From: a virus
Taxonomy: Duplodnaviria > Caudoviricetes
Reading direction: 5' to 3' (one strand)
Length of the DNA stretch: 33,761 bases
IMG/VR virus record: IMGVR_UViG_3300047505_000014
Span: 1-33,761 of that record
Shown: positions 24,799-33,759 of the stretch, one piece after another
Numbering within the stretch: position 1 is the first letter of the stretch
Layout of the letters: every line of letters begins with the position of its first letter
The notes under the pieces: model-generated
What the model saw: only the letters and a program-made list of their open reading frames with translations
Told to the model about the DNA's origin: nothing
Database searches by the model: none
Program-made: the position numbers and the translations under genes

Positions 24799-25349
24799 GC
24801 CAGTAGTCTCTTTGGGACACCCTGGCAGAACTGGACCGTGTTGAGGTACTCGTCAGGCAAGATGTTCACGTGGACGAGGATAAGTCTCGTTCCGAGCCCA
24901 GAGATTGGTGCACGGCGCACTACGAGGTCGAAGCCGCAGTTGGCGCACTCCCCAACCTCAATGTCAGATGGAGCGCCAGGAGTCCTTAGCTTTCCAACTC
25001 GGGGGGCTGCTCGGTGAGTGGGGGCTGCGGCTTGCGCTCGTTGCGGTTGCCGATTTGGCCTCGCAGGATGGCTACTCTCTCGTGCAGGGGTAGCTGGTCC
25101 TCTGGAAGCAGGGACGTGGCCTCCTGCTCCTCGTCCTGAGGCTGCGACTTTTTGTTCTGGCTGGGATCCATTCTCTAGCCTCTGCTTCTGGTAGATGCTA
25201 TGGACTTGGGAGTAGGCCATTGGGACGGCCTTGCTGATCAACGAGACAGAGTAACCTCGAGCAAGCAGCTCGCGGGCTACGTCTGCCTTGGTACCGTACT
25301 TCCTGAATAGGTCAATCGCTTGCTGGCCGATCGTCGGTGGCGTTGGCAT
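24795..25349 (-). CDS. HTH plus Zn-ribbon protein
   Basis: GTKADVARELL...MAYSQVHSI; C-terminal CANC...LVH...FC. Confidence 0.7.
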   Translation of the reverse strand: MPTPPTIGQQAIDLFRKYGTKADVARELLARGYSVSLISKAVPMAYSQVHSIYQKQRLENGSQPEQKVAASGRGAGGHVPASRGPATPARESSHPARPNRQPQRAQAAAPTHRAAPRVGKLRTPGAPSDIEVGECANCGFDLVVRRAPISGLGTRLILVHVNILPDEYLNTVQFCQGVPKRLLA

Positions 25350-25530
25350 CGTGCTCTTTTCTCCAGGTGGCTCTAGGTGGGAGGTGGGTGAAGCGAGAGC
25401 GTGGGTCAGCTAGGGCTCGACGATGAGCCTCTGCTAGTCGAACTATCCTGAGCTCAACGTCTCGCCGCTCAAGGAAGTTGCCGAACCGCTCGTAGAGCTG
25501 CTCGTCACTCTCCTTGTTCCTGTTCCTCAT
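25312..25530 (-). CDS. Hypothetical protein
   Basis: Fills the gap between flanking genes with overlaps; start uncertain. Confidence 0.45.
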   Translation of the reverse strand: MRNRNKESDEQLYERFGNFLERRDVELRIVRLAEAHRRALADPRSRFTHLPPRATWRKEHDANATDDRPASD

Positions 25531-26044
25531 GCGGTCTTGTCCTTCCGGCCGCAAAGAGCAGCCAGTAGCAGCCGTGTCTTATGGCATCCACAAAATGCCT
25601 CTGGTTAGGCTGGTACAAACCCCAACGGCGAAGCTTGGCGTCGGTAGCAAAGCCCTTGGCCATGCCAGCCGTTTGCTTCACTAGAGGAATACCTAACTCG
25701 TCAGCCACAACCTTTATGGCCCCAATGTGTTGAATGGTGACAACCTCGGAGCCGACGTGCTCCTTGAACTTATTGCCACGTACCCTGTACTCCTCATACA
25801 CGATGAGGGAGAGGTTGGGCACTTCGCCGATGACCTCTGCAATCCGGTCAGCTAAGATGGCCGGGCTCAGGGTTCTCCACTGCCCGCCTTCAACGAGCTG
25901 GCCTTTGTCGAATAGGGCCCAGCCGGTTGTCTCACCAGGGTCCAGAGTGAGGACATGCCCGACCAAGTCTACATCGAGACTTGGTCGGGCAGTCCTGAGG
26001 AAGGACGCCCAAGCGCCAAACTCCCCAGCGGGGCGCTCAGGCAT
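25505..26044 (-). CDS. RuvC-like Holliday junction resolvase / RNase H-fold nuclease
   Basis: VLTLDPGETTGWA, IVYEEY, HFVDAIRHG. Confidence 0.75.
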   Translation of the reverse strand: MPERPAGEFGAWASFLRTARPSLDVDLVGHVLTLDPGETTGWALFDKGQLVEGGQWRTLSPAILADRIAEVIGEVPNLSLIVYEEYRVRGNKFKEHVGSEVVTIQHIGAIKVVADELGIPLVKQTAGMAKGFATDAKLRRWGLYQPNQRHFVDAIRHGCYWLLFAAGRTRPHEEQEQGE

Positions 26045-26079
26045 CCTTTCCCTCCCTCGACGGTATGCGAGACTAAGGC

Positions 26080-27108
26080 CTACTCCTCGTCAACAGCGAA
26101 GAGCGGGCGGCAGGCAGTGTAAGCCAACTGGTAGCGAACCTCGAAGTGGCGGGCAATGTCCCCAACCGCCATGCCGCTCATGTAGAGGCGGCGCATGGCC
26201 TCGGACCGACTGACGCTCTCGGTCCTGCCCTTGCCCAACTTGTTACCATCACCATCGAACTCAGAGCTAACGAGGATGCGGCCCCTGATGTTGGTGTTGT
26301 GCCCACTGATCTCAAGGTTCTTGGTGTGGTAGAAGACAGCTGCATACGAGAGACCAAGCGCTTCGCCGATCTCGCCTCTCGTCTTGCCCTTCTCCCACAG
26401 GGTCAGAATCTTGGTTTTGGTGTTGCTGCGGGCACTAGGCTTTGCTGGCTTGGCCTCAGGCTCCTTGGCTGGTGCTGCAGCCTTGACCTTGGTTGCTGGC
26501 TTGGGTCCTGGCGTTGGCTTGGCTGCAGCCTTGACGGCAGCGGTCGGCTTGGCTGCAGCCTTTACGGTGACTGCTCTGCTAGTACCAACAGCCTTCGGCT
26601 GGGACGCAGCCTTAGCCTCCAATGCAGCCTTCTCTGCCTTGCGATCCGCATTCTGCTTGGCCTTGATCTCGGCCTCAGTCTGTACCGGATGCGGCTCAGC
26701 AGCTGCCTTCTTGGCAGCAGCAGTAGCCTTGGAGCGAGCGGCAAACGCCGCGCGTGCAGCCAACTGAGCTGGAGAGGGTTGCTTCTTGGCTGGCGCAGCA
26801 GTCTTGGTCGAAGGCTTGGAGACGACCTTTGTCCTCGGAACATTCTTGGTAGCGCGCGCTTCACGTGCAGCCTTGGCCCGCTCAGCAATGGACTTGGGCG
26901 CTTCGATCTCTTCTTCTGGCTCTTCAAGCTCTTCGTCTTCATCGTCCAAGACTTCGCCAGGAAGCAGTGCGTCCTCGCCAACCTGTGCGTCGTCTTCTTC
27001 GTCGGTGTCCTCGACCTCGGACTCTTCGTCCTCGACGGGCTTGGGAGTTTCCTGGGCTGCCTTTCGGGCAGCCAGCTTGGCAGCAATCCGCTCGGTAGCG
27101 GTAGACAT
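26080..27108 (-). CDS. Acidic / H1-like / tandem-HTH DNA-binding protein
   Basis: GAGGAGG SD before ATG 27108; D/E tract, long K/A/P region, two C-terminal HTH units. Confidence 0.75.
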   Translation of the reverse strand: MSTATERIAAKLAARKAAQETPKPVEDEESEVEDTDEEDDAQVGEDALLPGEVLDDEDEELEEPEEEIEAPKSIAERAKAAREARATKNVPRTKVVSKPSTKTAAPAKKQPSPAQLAARAAFAARSKATAAAKKAAAEPHPVQTEAEIKAKQNADRKAEKAALEAKAASQPKAVGTSRAVTVKAAAKPTAAVKAAAKPTPGPKPATKVKAAAPAKEPEAKPAKPSARSNTKTKILTLWEKGKTRGEIGEALGLSYAAVFYHTKNLEISGHNTNIRGRILVSSEFDGDGNKLGKGRTESVSRSEAMRRLYMSGMAVGDIARHFEVRYQLAYTACRPLFAVDEE

Positions 27109-27169
27109 CGGGACGGGCCTCCTCATGGAGCGATGCGGGGATGGGTCGGGGTCATCCCGACCGTCTATC

Positions 27170-27198
27170 AAGATAGCTTCTCGGCTTAGCTAAGGCAA
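27170..27198 (-). promoter_or_regulatory. Sigma70-type promoter
   Basis: TTGCCT-17 nt-TATCTT, followed by a 5'-UTR hairpin GGTCGGG/CCCGACC. Confidence 0.6.
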
Positions 27199-27214
27199 CA
27201 GTAGACTTAGTGAA

Positions 27215-29599
27215 CTACCTCCCTTCGTGATTAGATGTGCGTCCAGGTAGGTGGAACCACGTGACGCCGTCTTCTTTCGTAGTAGTAATGCCAAGCGATT
27301 GCTCGATGTCGTACTTGTGAGAGTTGACGTACTTGAGAAGAGGGATCACGTTGTCAAACTGTCGCAGTGCAGTGAACCTCTCACCAGGATCGTCCTCTAC
27401 CCAGTCGATGATCTCCTGGGCAGTAACACGTCGACGAGCCCACTTCCATTCATCAATGAAGGTCAAGAGGCCTTCAACAACCGGATCGTATGTAGCAACA
27501 GTCGCTGACACCACACCAGCTAAACCAGCCACGACCTTGGTAAGGTCCCATCCGAGGGACTGACCAATGAGGAGCAAAGCCTGCTCAAAATGAACCAACC
27601 TGAACCCTGACTTGAAGTTAGACTGCCAACGAATCTTGGCCAGCTTCAAGAATAGTTGGATTACATTGAGATGCTCAGCTATCCACTCAGTCCGCCTCTT
27701 CATCCGCTCCGAGTACCAGTCTGGGTCTCTCTCGCCTATTGGAATGGCAGACAGCGTAAACAGCAGACTGCGTTGCAGTACGTCCGGCGCCGTAAACGGA
27801 TTGCGGATAGTAGTAATTGCAAACGTAGAGGTTACTGGAACACGAAAGGTCGTTGCAGTCGTGTAGAGTTGACGAAGCTCAATGGAAGGCGCGGGGTCAG
27901 TGATAAGTCTGGCCAACTCGTCGTTGAGTCGATGCCAGTAGTCTGACCGCACGTTGCCCAGGTTGTCACAGATCCACATGGCCTGCGCGGATCCAAGCGC
28001 AGCGACCCACGAGCGGAAGTCGTCAGGTAGTCCTGCAAGGCTAGGCTGGCCGGTCAGGACGCCCTTGCGAAGGTTGTACATAAAGGTCTTGCCGCTGTTA
28101 GCTTCTCCCACTGCAATCTCTAGGGGGAGCATAAGTCCACGCCAACGATTGAGCCACGGGCTCATGTAACAAAGGCAGGTGAGGAGCTGAAGACTCTCGT
28201 CTGCACTCAGCTCACCCATCGGGGCCACGTTGAGAGTCGAGAGTGCTTTGTACCACAACGGCTTCGCCGGCTGCTTCCACTTATCGCAAGCGTCTGCCAG
28301 CACATCGAGGTCGATGGGTTCTACTACACCGCGGTGAAACAGGACATCATCGTCACCGTTGGAGATGATCTCCAGGCCCTCGGCGCTGATACGCATAACA
28401 TCAGCGTCGGACAGCTGATAGTAGATGACATCAGGCTGGGTCGGGGTCTGCGCAAGGACCCGGTACGGACTGATCGTTGGTGCTCCAAGGGGGAACAGGC
28501 CGATCATCCGCCCAAGAGTCGCTGAGTCTACTGGATCCAGGCCAAGCTGCTCTACGAGCAGGTGGCCGAAGGAGGTCTCGCGAAGTGAGGCCAGATTGTT
28601 ACCCGGACGGAAGTCGTGGAGGATGCGCGTCTCAGCATCGAAGTAGTAGTAGGTCCCATCGACGCCCATGAAGCGGGTGCCGTTGGCGTCCAGCCAGCTA
28701 ATGGCAAGATGCGAGACTCTCTCCTGAGTCGCACGCGTGGTACGACCAGCATTCAGCTGATCTCTAACCCAGGCGTGCGGATCTGATGGTAGTGCACGAA
28801 AGCCCTCACGAGCTCTCCACTCGGGATCTTGCAGATCTTTACCGAATGTTGGATCAAGCACCAAGAGGTCGTCGAGCCCGAGCTTGTCTCCTGGGCTACG
28901 ACCCGGTATGCGGTTAGCCAGAGAGATCTGGACAGTCCGTGCTCCGCGGTCATCCAACCAGTTCGATAGCTCGAAAGTAGCTCTCTGGACTTCATCGTTG
29001 AGCTCAGCGTCCGAGTCGAAGATGAGGACGACCTCTCGTCCTTCCCATGCGATAGCGTCGAACTCTGGAGCCACCGACGTTCTGTACGTCTTCTCGCCGC
29101 GATCATCGAGGTGGACGACACGAGCTGATGGCTTGTCTTCGACACGGATCATCCCCCGCTTGATCGAGTGAATGTGAGTCCGCCACGAAAAAATGCCACC
29201 TACAGCAACAGTCGGCAAGCCAGCCTGTACACCAGCCAGGGCCTTCTTCTCACCCTCGGTCAAGAACAAGGTCACTTCAGGGTCAGAGGCCCAGCGTGGT
29301 GCAAGCCCAAGTAATCTAGGTGGTGTGTAGAGATGATTACCGCTCGCCTTGGGCTGCAGATACTTTGGTGGCTTGCTTCCATTGAGGGATTCAAGCACCT
29401 TAGTTCTATAGAAGGCTAAAGGTTTGCCGTCCACCCCGTAGTAGGGGATGACATAACCAAGTACGTGATACTTGTCTCTGAGGAGCTGACCAACGCTTGG
29501 ATCAGAGTCGTCTTTGATACCTGCAGACTCAATAGTCTGTGCAGTTAGACCACTCCGCTCAAGGTCTGCCAGCGTCCTCTCAGTGAGGTTGACTGGCAT
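27215..29599 (-). CDS. Primase (DUF3854/Toprim)-helicase fusion
   Basis: IPYY, PKYLQP, LFLTEGEKKA, LIFDSD, KLGLDDLL; C-terminal P-loop GEANSGKT, WICDN. Confidence 0.85.
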   Translation of the reverse strand: MPVNLTERTLADLERSGLTAQTIESAGIKDDSDPSVGQLLRDKYHVLGYVIPYYGVDGKPLAFYRTKVLESLNGSKPPKYLQPKASGNHLYTPPRLLGLAPRWASDPEVTLFLTEGEKKALAGVQAGLPTVAVGGIFSWRTHIHSIKRGMIRVEDKPSARVVHLDDRGEKTYRTSVAPEFDAIAWEGREVVLIFDSDAELNDEVQRATFELSNWLDDRGARTVQISLANRIPGRSPGDKLGLDDLLVLDPTFGKDLQDPEWRAREGFRALPSDPHAWVRDQLNAGRTTRATQERVSHLAISWLDANGTRFMGVDGTYYYFDAETRILHDFRPGNNLASLRETSFGHLLVEQLGLDPVDSATLGRMIGLFPLGAPTISPYRVLAQTPTQPDVIYYQLSDADVMRISAEGLEIISNGDDDVLFHRGVVEPIDLDVLADACDKWKQPAKPLWYKALSTLNVAPMGELSADESLQLLTCLCYMSPWLNRWRGLMLPLEIAVGEANSGKTFMYNLRKGVLTGQPSLAGLPDDFRSWVAALGSAQAMWICDNLGNVRSDYWHRLNDELARLITDPAPSIELRQLYTTATTFRVPVTSTFAITTIRNPFTAPDVLQRSLLFTLSAIPIGERDPDWYSERMKRRTEWIAEHLNVIQLFLKLAKIRWQSNFKSGFRLVHFEQALLLIGQSLGWDLTKVVAGLAGVVSATVATYDPVVEGLLTFIDEWKWARRRVTAQEIIDWVEDDPGERFTALRQFDNVIPLLKYVNSHKYDIEQSLGITTTKEDGVTWFHLPGRTSNHEGR

Positions 29600-29602
29600 G
29601 GT

Positions 29603-29977
29603 CTACCCTTTCAGATACTGAATAGCTTTCTCAAGTACCTTGAAGTTATCCTTGAATCTACCAAGAGCCACGTTGCAGTCAGCGCACAGTAGACCTCTAA
29701 CTCTGCCTGTTCTGTGATCGTGGTCTAGACAAAAGAACTGAAACTTGCCTCCAGGCTCCCTGGAGCTGCACAAGGCACAGCGTCCCTTCTGTTGAAGGAA
29801 GAGGTTAGCGTACAGCTGCTCAGCATCCTCTAGGCCGTACGCATACTTCAGCTGTGCAAAATGATGGGCCCCAGGATGGCTCTCGTGAAACTTGCGAGAG
29901 TACTCCGCTCTTCTGCCAGGGTGGAGCTTATGCCACTCCCTGTACCATTCCTTACGATGCTCGAGGGCAACTGGCAT
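29603..29977 (-). CDS. Endonuclease VII family protein
   Basis: QKGRCALC...LDHDHRTGRVRGLLCADCNVALG. Confidence 0.9.
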   Translation of the reverse strand: MPVALEHRKEWYREWHKLHPGRRAEYSRKFHESHPGAHHFAQLKYAYGLEDAEQLYANLFLQQKGRCALCSSREPGGKFQFFCLDHDHRTGRVRGLLCADCNVALGRFKDNFKVLEKAIQYLKG

Positions 29978-29983
29978 GGGACT

Positions 29984-30454
29984 CTACCGAGTCGTCTTGA
30001 CGTTGACGATCTCGGCCTCGTCGTAGTCTTCGTCCTCATCGCGCGATAGCTGATAGCCTCCTGCCTGCAGGGCTGCTTGAAGCAGCTCGGCCTCGCCATT
30101 GGGAGCAGTGGAGGCGAGGGCCATGAGTCGGTTGGTGAAGGTCTCAAGCAGATCAACCCGATCCTCGATCGTGTTGCGGGCCTTCAGGGCGAGGACAACC
30201 GCCTCGTCGAAGGCAGTTGCACGCTCTCGCCACGAGTTCTGCTTCGACTGGATGGGCCAGTGGGCTGGAACGGGGTACGCGTTCCGTCGCCCTGTCGCCA
30301 CGAGACTCACTGAGCGGCCGGGGCCCAATGCAATGAACCGAAGGAAGCGGGCATACCAGAGGTCATTCTCTCTAGGCTGCTGATCCCACGGATGGCGTTC
30401 GGCTGGTGGTTTGACGCGCTTTGGGCTGCCAGCCGACACTGCGGCGTCTGTCAT
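29984..30454 (-). CDS. Hypothetical DNA-binding protein (terminase-small-subunit-like N-terminus)
   Basis: W.QQP.E...Y..F..F..LGP.RS...W....W.ERA.AFD pattern; GGAGAGG SD. Confidence 0.5.
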   Translation of the reverse strand: MTDAAVSAGSPKRVKPPAERHPWDQQPRENDLWYARFLRFIALGPGRSVSLVATGRRNAYPVPAHWPIQSKQNSWRERATAFDEAVVLALKARNTIEDRVDLLETFTNRLMALASTAPNGEAELLQAALQAGGYQLSRDEDEDYDEAEIVNVKTTR

Positions 30455-30559
30455 GTTGTGTCCTCTCCACTAAACGTGCTGAGGCTTACTCGTTTGGCTG
30501 GGTCAGGCCGAAGCGAGGAGGGTGGGCGGCCCGGAGGCACGGAGGGCCGCAGACCCGGA

Positions 30560-30593
30560 AGCGTACCTTAGTGCTATATAGATAGGCAAGAGT
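30560..30593 (-). promoter_or_regulatory. Sigma70-type promoter
   Basis: TTGCCT-18 nt-TACGCT in the intergenic region. Confidence 0.6.
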
Positions 30594-30892
30594 CAGGGTC
30601 GGCAGGTGTTGCACCAGCCTGATCCTGGCTCGAGTTCGTACCACTTGTGGGCTGCTCCGCATGAAGTACAGTGGGTCCTGTCGCGGTCCGTTTGACCAAC
30701 AGCCCTAAGGTTTATGTACTTCTGTACGGACTCAAGTGCGTAGCGGCGGTCTCCTCGCTGGCCGAAGCGGTAGTAGGGCAGCTCGTCGGGCGGGATCCTC
30801 TTTACGGTGTTGACATGTACCCCAAGATGCAGGGAGACTTCGTGTGCAGTGAGAGGTCCAACACCAATAGCCCTAGGTCGAAAAACAGCCAT
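30593..30892 (-). CDS. MerR/excisionase-like HTH with C-terminal Zn ribbon
   Basis: LTAHEV...LGVHVNTVKR...LPYYR...GDRRY; CTSC...CNTC. Confidence 0.8.
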   Translation of the reverse strand: MAVFRPRAIGVGPLTAHEVSLHLGVHVNTVKRIPPDELPYYRFGQRGDRRYALESVQKYINLRAVGQTDRDRTHCTSCGAAHKWYELEPGSGWCNTCRP

Positions 30893-30934
30893 AGCATGTT
30901 CCTCACTATTTACAGGAGAACACTACTCATGTCT

Positions 30935-31036
30935 TCACTCCGGTAGGAAGCCAAAGAGGATGATGAAGACGATCGCTGCTATTGAAAGGACGATTAGGGC
31001 TGCGTCCCTTCGTGTAGGCCACTTCTGCTGTAGCAT
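30935..31036 (-). CDS. 33-aa membrane peptide
   Basis: TAATG coupling; MLQQKWPTRRDAALIVLSIAAIVFIILFGFLPE. Confidence 0.5.
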   Translation of the reverse strand: MLQQKWPTRRDAALIVLSIAAIVFIILFGFLPE

Positions 31037-31332
31037 TACATCACCTGCATAAGGGCATAGGCGTTGGCAACTAAGCCAGCGACGCCTACCAAGAACACGA
31101 CTGCCAAGAGCACTCGACGGGCACGAGGACGCACATAGGTGGAGAGCGCAAGAATAACAGACAGTCCGGCCATCTTCCATGCTAGCGCTCCAAGTAGGCC
31201 AAGTTGACTAGTCACTGACCCTATGAACCCAAGCTCGTAGGCCAGGAGGCTGGGTGCAATCGTCACTGCTACTGCAAACGACAAGTAGTCGAGTGCCTGA
31301 GCAGTAACGACTGCACGAGGAGTCAAGGTCAT
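31036..31332 (-). CDS. Small multi-pass membrane protein
   Basis: Three hydrophobic segments with intramembrane D, E, K, N; ATGA coupling. Confidence 0.65.
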   Translation of the reverse strand: MTLTPRAVVTAQALDYLSFAVAVTIAPSLLAYELGFIGSVTSQLGLLGALAWKMAGLSVILALSTYVRPRARRVLLAVVFLVGVAGLVANAYALMQVM

Positions 31333-31544
31333 GCATCGCTCCTTGGCTGCTTGTGGCGCAGGATGACTGCGCCCGTTGCAGGCTCGTAGTCCAGAGCGAT
31401 AGCGTCGTCCTGGTGGTCAGCGTGCCAGGCAAAGTCCTCAGGCGTAAGTCTTACCTCGAGGACTGCTCGCAGCTGCTTGTGGAGAGCAACTATGGCAGCC
31501 ATCTGGACGGCTTCAGCCGCTTCAGGATCTCTGTGTGTACTCAC
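31329..31544 (-). CDS. Hypothetical protein
   Basis: GTGA/ATGA coupling on both sides. Confidence 0.6.
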   Translation of the reverse strand: MSTHRDPEAAEAVQMAAIVALHKQLRAVLEVRLTPEDFAWHADHQDDAIALDYEPATGAVILRHKQPRSDA

Positions 31545-31912
31545 TTGTAGGACTCCTCCACTGCTTTGAGCGCCTGATCAAAGACCTTCTCCAGGGTACG
31601 GTCGACTGCCTCGATGATCACCTTGGGAGGGTCACTGTGGAGGAAGCTCAGGGTCGCTCGGGCCTGACCCTGCAGGTCAGAGTAGACCTCACGGTCTTGG
31701 CTAATCGAGACGCCGGACAGGAACGGGCTGTCTTCGCCCATGATCTCACCGACCTCGTGGATAAAGCGCATCCACTCGACCTTGCCCACGACCGTAGGGT
31801 CAGCTAGGTGGTTGGTAGTGCAAGGAAGGTCCATGCTACCATCAAGGTAGCGATTGCCGTCCTTGACCACCCAGCAGTGACGCATGCGGTTGTCGAAAGT
31901 GTGTTCCCACAT
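31541..31912 (-). CDS. Hypothetical protein
   Basis: GAGG SD; contiguous with neighbours. Confidence 0.6.
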   Translation of the reverse strand: MWEHTFDNRMRHCWVVKDGNRYLDGSMDLPCTTNHLADPTVVGKVEWMRFIHEVGEIMGEDSPFLSGVSISQDREVYSDLQGQARATLSFLHSDPPKVIIEAVDRTLEKVFDQALKAVEESYK

Positions 31913-31914
31913 GG

Positions 31915-32610
31915 CTAGTCCTCATCTTCGCTTGCGACGGCTACAGCCGCCTCGTCATCACCCTCATCGTCAGGCAGGTCCATGATCTCAGGAACCTGCA
32001 CAGGAAGCTCGTTAGCCTCCATCCAGTCCTCGAGCGACTGCGCCAGATCCTCGCGGCCCTCCATGACGAAGGACAGCAGGACCATGCCGAGGACGTGATG
32101 CGGTCGCTCGATCCTCACCACACCTCGAGCCATCCAGTAGGACAGCCGCTCTGTGGTGAAGACCTTGTTGTCGATCAGCGCACCGCTGTAGTGGATGTGG
32201 TGATCGCCGTCGTCGATGAAGGTCAACTTGCCTGTCGACCCAAGGACTTGGGCGATAGTGAACTGGGGTTTGTGTGACTCGTACAAGGATCCTGACTGGC
32301 CGTGCTCGTAGGATACGATGGTGCCAGCCTTGAGCCTCTTGGTGCGAGGCGCCTCAGCCTTCGGCTGACGGCCGTTGCCAGCTCCGCGCTCGCCCTTGGC
32401 CCTAGGCTCACGAGGAGCCCTTGGGCCCTTCTTCTTGGAGGCCATCCACGCGGCTCTGGCCTCGTCGGGATCGACGATCAAGCCCTTGCCGTTAGGATAG
32501 CCATCTTCCTTGTGGTTCTTGACCGTACCCTTCTTGACCCAGCCATACAGCTGGCCCAAGTAAATGCCAAGGTCACGCGCAACTTTGGCCCCTGCCTCAA
32601 GTTCAGCCAT
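31915..32610 (-). CDS. N-terminal winged-HTH protein with acidic tail
   Basis: KVARDLGI...LYGWVKKG HTH; basic linker; acidic C-terminus. Confidence 0.65.
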   Translation of the reverse strand: MAELEAGAKVARDLGIYLGQLYGWVKKGTVKNHKEDGYPNGKGLIVDPDEARAAWMASKKKGPRAPREPRAKGERGAGNGRQPKAEAPRTKRLKAGTIVSYEHGQSGSLYESHKPQFTIAQVLGSTGKLTFIDDGDHHIHYSGALIDNKVFTTERLSYWMARGVVRIERPHHVLGMVLLSFVMEGREDLAQSLEDWMEANELPVQVPEIMDLPDDEGDDEAAVAVASEDED

Positions 32611-32770
32611 CGCTGACCTTCTTTAGGATCCTGCGGCCTGCACGATCACGATGCTCGCCTGAGTGACGAGCGTCTTCGTAGCAGAACCTACGACGGCCCA
32701 ATGCATCCTTCTGAACGAAGTTGCAGAGTGGCTTCAATGAGTGGACTCGATAGTCGTAGTCGTCCTTCAC
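32603..32770 (-). CDS. 55-aa putative Zn-binding protein
   Basis: GGAGG SD with GTG start; C...CYEDARHSGEH (C-x5-H-x-G-x-H). Below the track cutoff. Confidence 0.55.
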   Translation of the reverse strand: MKDDYDYRVHSLKPLCNFVQKDALGRRRFCYEDARHSGEHRDRAGRRILKKVSDG

Positions 32771-32958
32771 ATCTTGCCTCCAGGTGGCTCGACCTGCCTC
32801 ATCAGCACCAAGTGGTCAGTCTTGGTGGACGCTCACTGGGGAGAACCGATTGCCTGTCCAGTGAGCGTTTCGGCCATTGCGGTCTGGCCTAGTTGTAAGG
32901 GCACCTTAGGTGCGCATGGCTAGGCTCCTTCTAGCGAGTTTGGGTTAGGTGCCGGCAA

Positions 32959-32992
32959 CGGGCAGGCCCATTGTCTCCACCTAGGCAAGAGT
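32959..32992 (-). promoter_or_regulatory. Promoter-like motif related to 21597-21630
   Basis: ACTCTTGCCTAGGTGGAGACAATGGGCCT versus ACTCTTGACGAGGTAGCCGCAACGGGCCT; poor -10. Confidence 0.4.
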
Positions 32993-33417
32993 CACCACTC
33001 GTGAACGGGTGAGGGATCAGAGGCTCCAAACTCGTGGAGCCCGCTCGTGTCGTGCCAGAGGGCAGCGGCCCTCTCAGGGTCAACACGCTCTGCGTCCTTG
33101 GGGAGCGTGATCACGCCCGTCGGCAGACTGACATCTACGACGACCTTGCTCTTGTTGATCTTGAAGATAGGGAAGTGGCCCAAGGTTCCAGCAGGCCGTC
33201 GCTGGACTGTGTAGAGGATGTCGTGGCTCTTGCCGCACCCTGGCCACTGGCAGGGTTCGGACAGGCGGTCGCGGGCCTCGATAGGCACGTTGTAGGTCAG
33301 TGGTCCTGAGCCGTCCTTGTAGGGGTCAGGGTCGTTTGGGTCAGCAGTGGGAAGAGTCCGCTTGCCGTCGTCTTGCGGGTCAACGACGGACAAGTACAGC
33401 CGGTAGGTGTAGGGCAT
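32992..33417 (-). CDS. Hypothetical protein
   Basis: GAGAGG SD before ATG 33417; CQWPGC..H motif. Confidence 0.6.
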   Translation of the reverse strand: MPYTYRLYLSVVDPQDDGKRTLPTADPNDPDPYKDGSGPLTYNVPIEARDRLSEPCQWPGCGKSHDILYTVQRRPAGTLGHFPIFKINKSKVVVDVSLPTGVITLPKDAERVDPERAAALWHDTSGLHEFGASDPSPVHEW

Positions 33418-33431
33418 AGGTTGCCTCTCTT

Positions 33432-33533
33432 CTAGGGGACGAGTGAGAACAGGAAGGCCGCCAGATGACCAGCCAGGAGACCTGCCAAGCAAGTTCCTAG
33501 GATGACGAGCGGGAACGCGGCAATGGCTGCCAT
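33432..33533 (-). CDS. 33-aa membrane peptide
   Basis: GAGAGG SD; entirely hydrophobic. Confidence 0.45.
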   Translation of the reverse strand: MAAIAAFPLVILGTCLAGLLAGHLAAFLFSLVP

Positions 33534-33567
33534 GCCTCTCAGGCCAGGTGGCGGAGAGTCAGGCTTG

Positions 33568-33759
33568 CTATGCCGGCGTCTGCTCAAAGCGCCTCCGATC
33601 GTGGAAGTCAGCCCAGGCATTCTCTTCGATGTCGGAGTAGTGCCCGAGAAAGAGACCATCCTTGAGCAGCCACGTGACCCAAGGACCAACAGGATAGCCA
33701 CCACGGACGAAGAGGGCAAGGACGATCAGGCCCTCGCCAACGAGCCCAGACAGCTCTGC
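33568..33759 (-). CDS. 3' end of a hypothetical protein (truncated by window edge)
   Basis: Open frame ...PWVTW...FLGHY....AWADFHDR...*. Confidence 0.5.
   Translation of the reverse strand, partial: AELSGLVGEGLIVLALFVRGGYPVGPWVTWLLKDGLFLGHYSDIEENAWADFHDRRRFEQTPA

Noticed and set aside
29603-29977. Intron-encoded homing endonuclease
   Set aside because: Free-standing between intact genes with no interrupted host gene or intron core visible.
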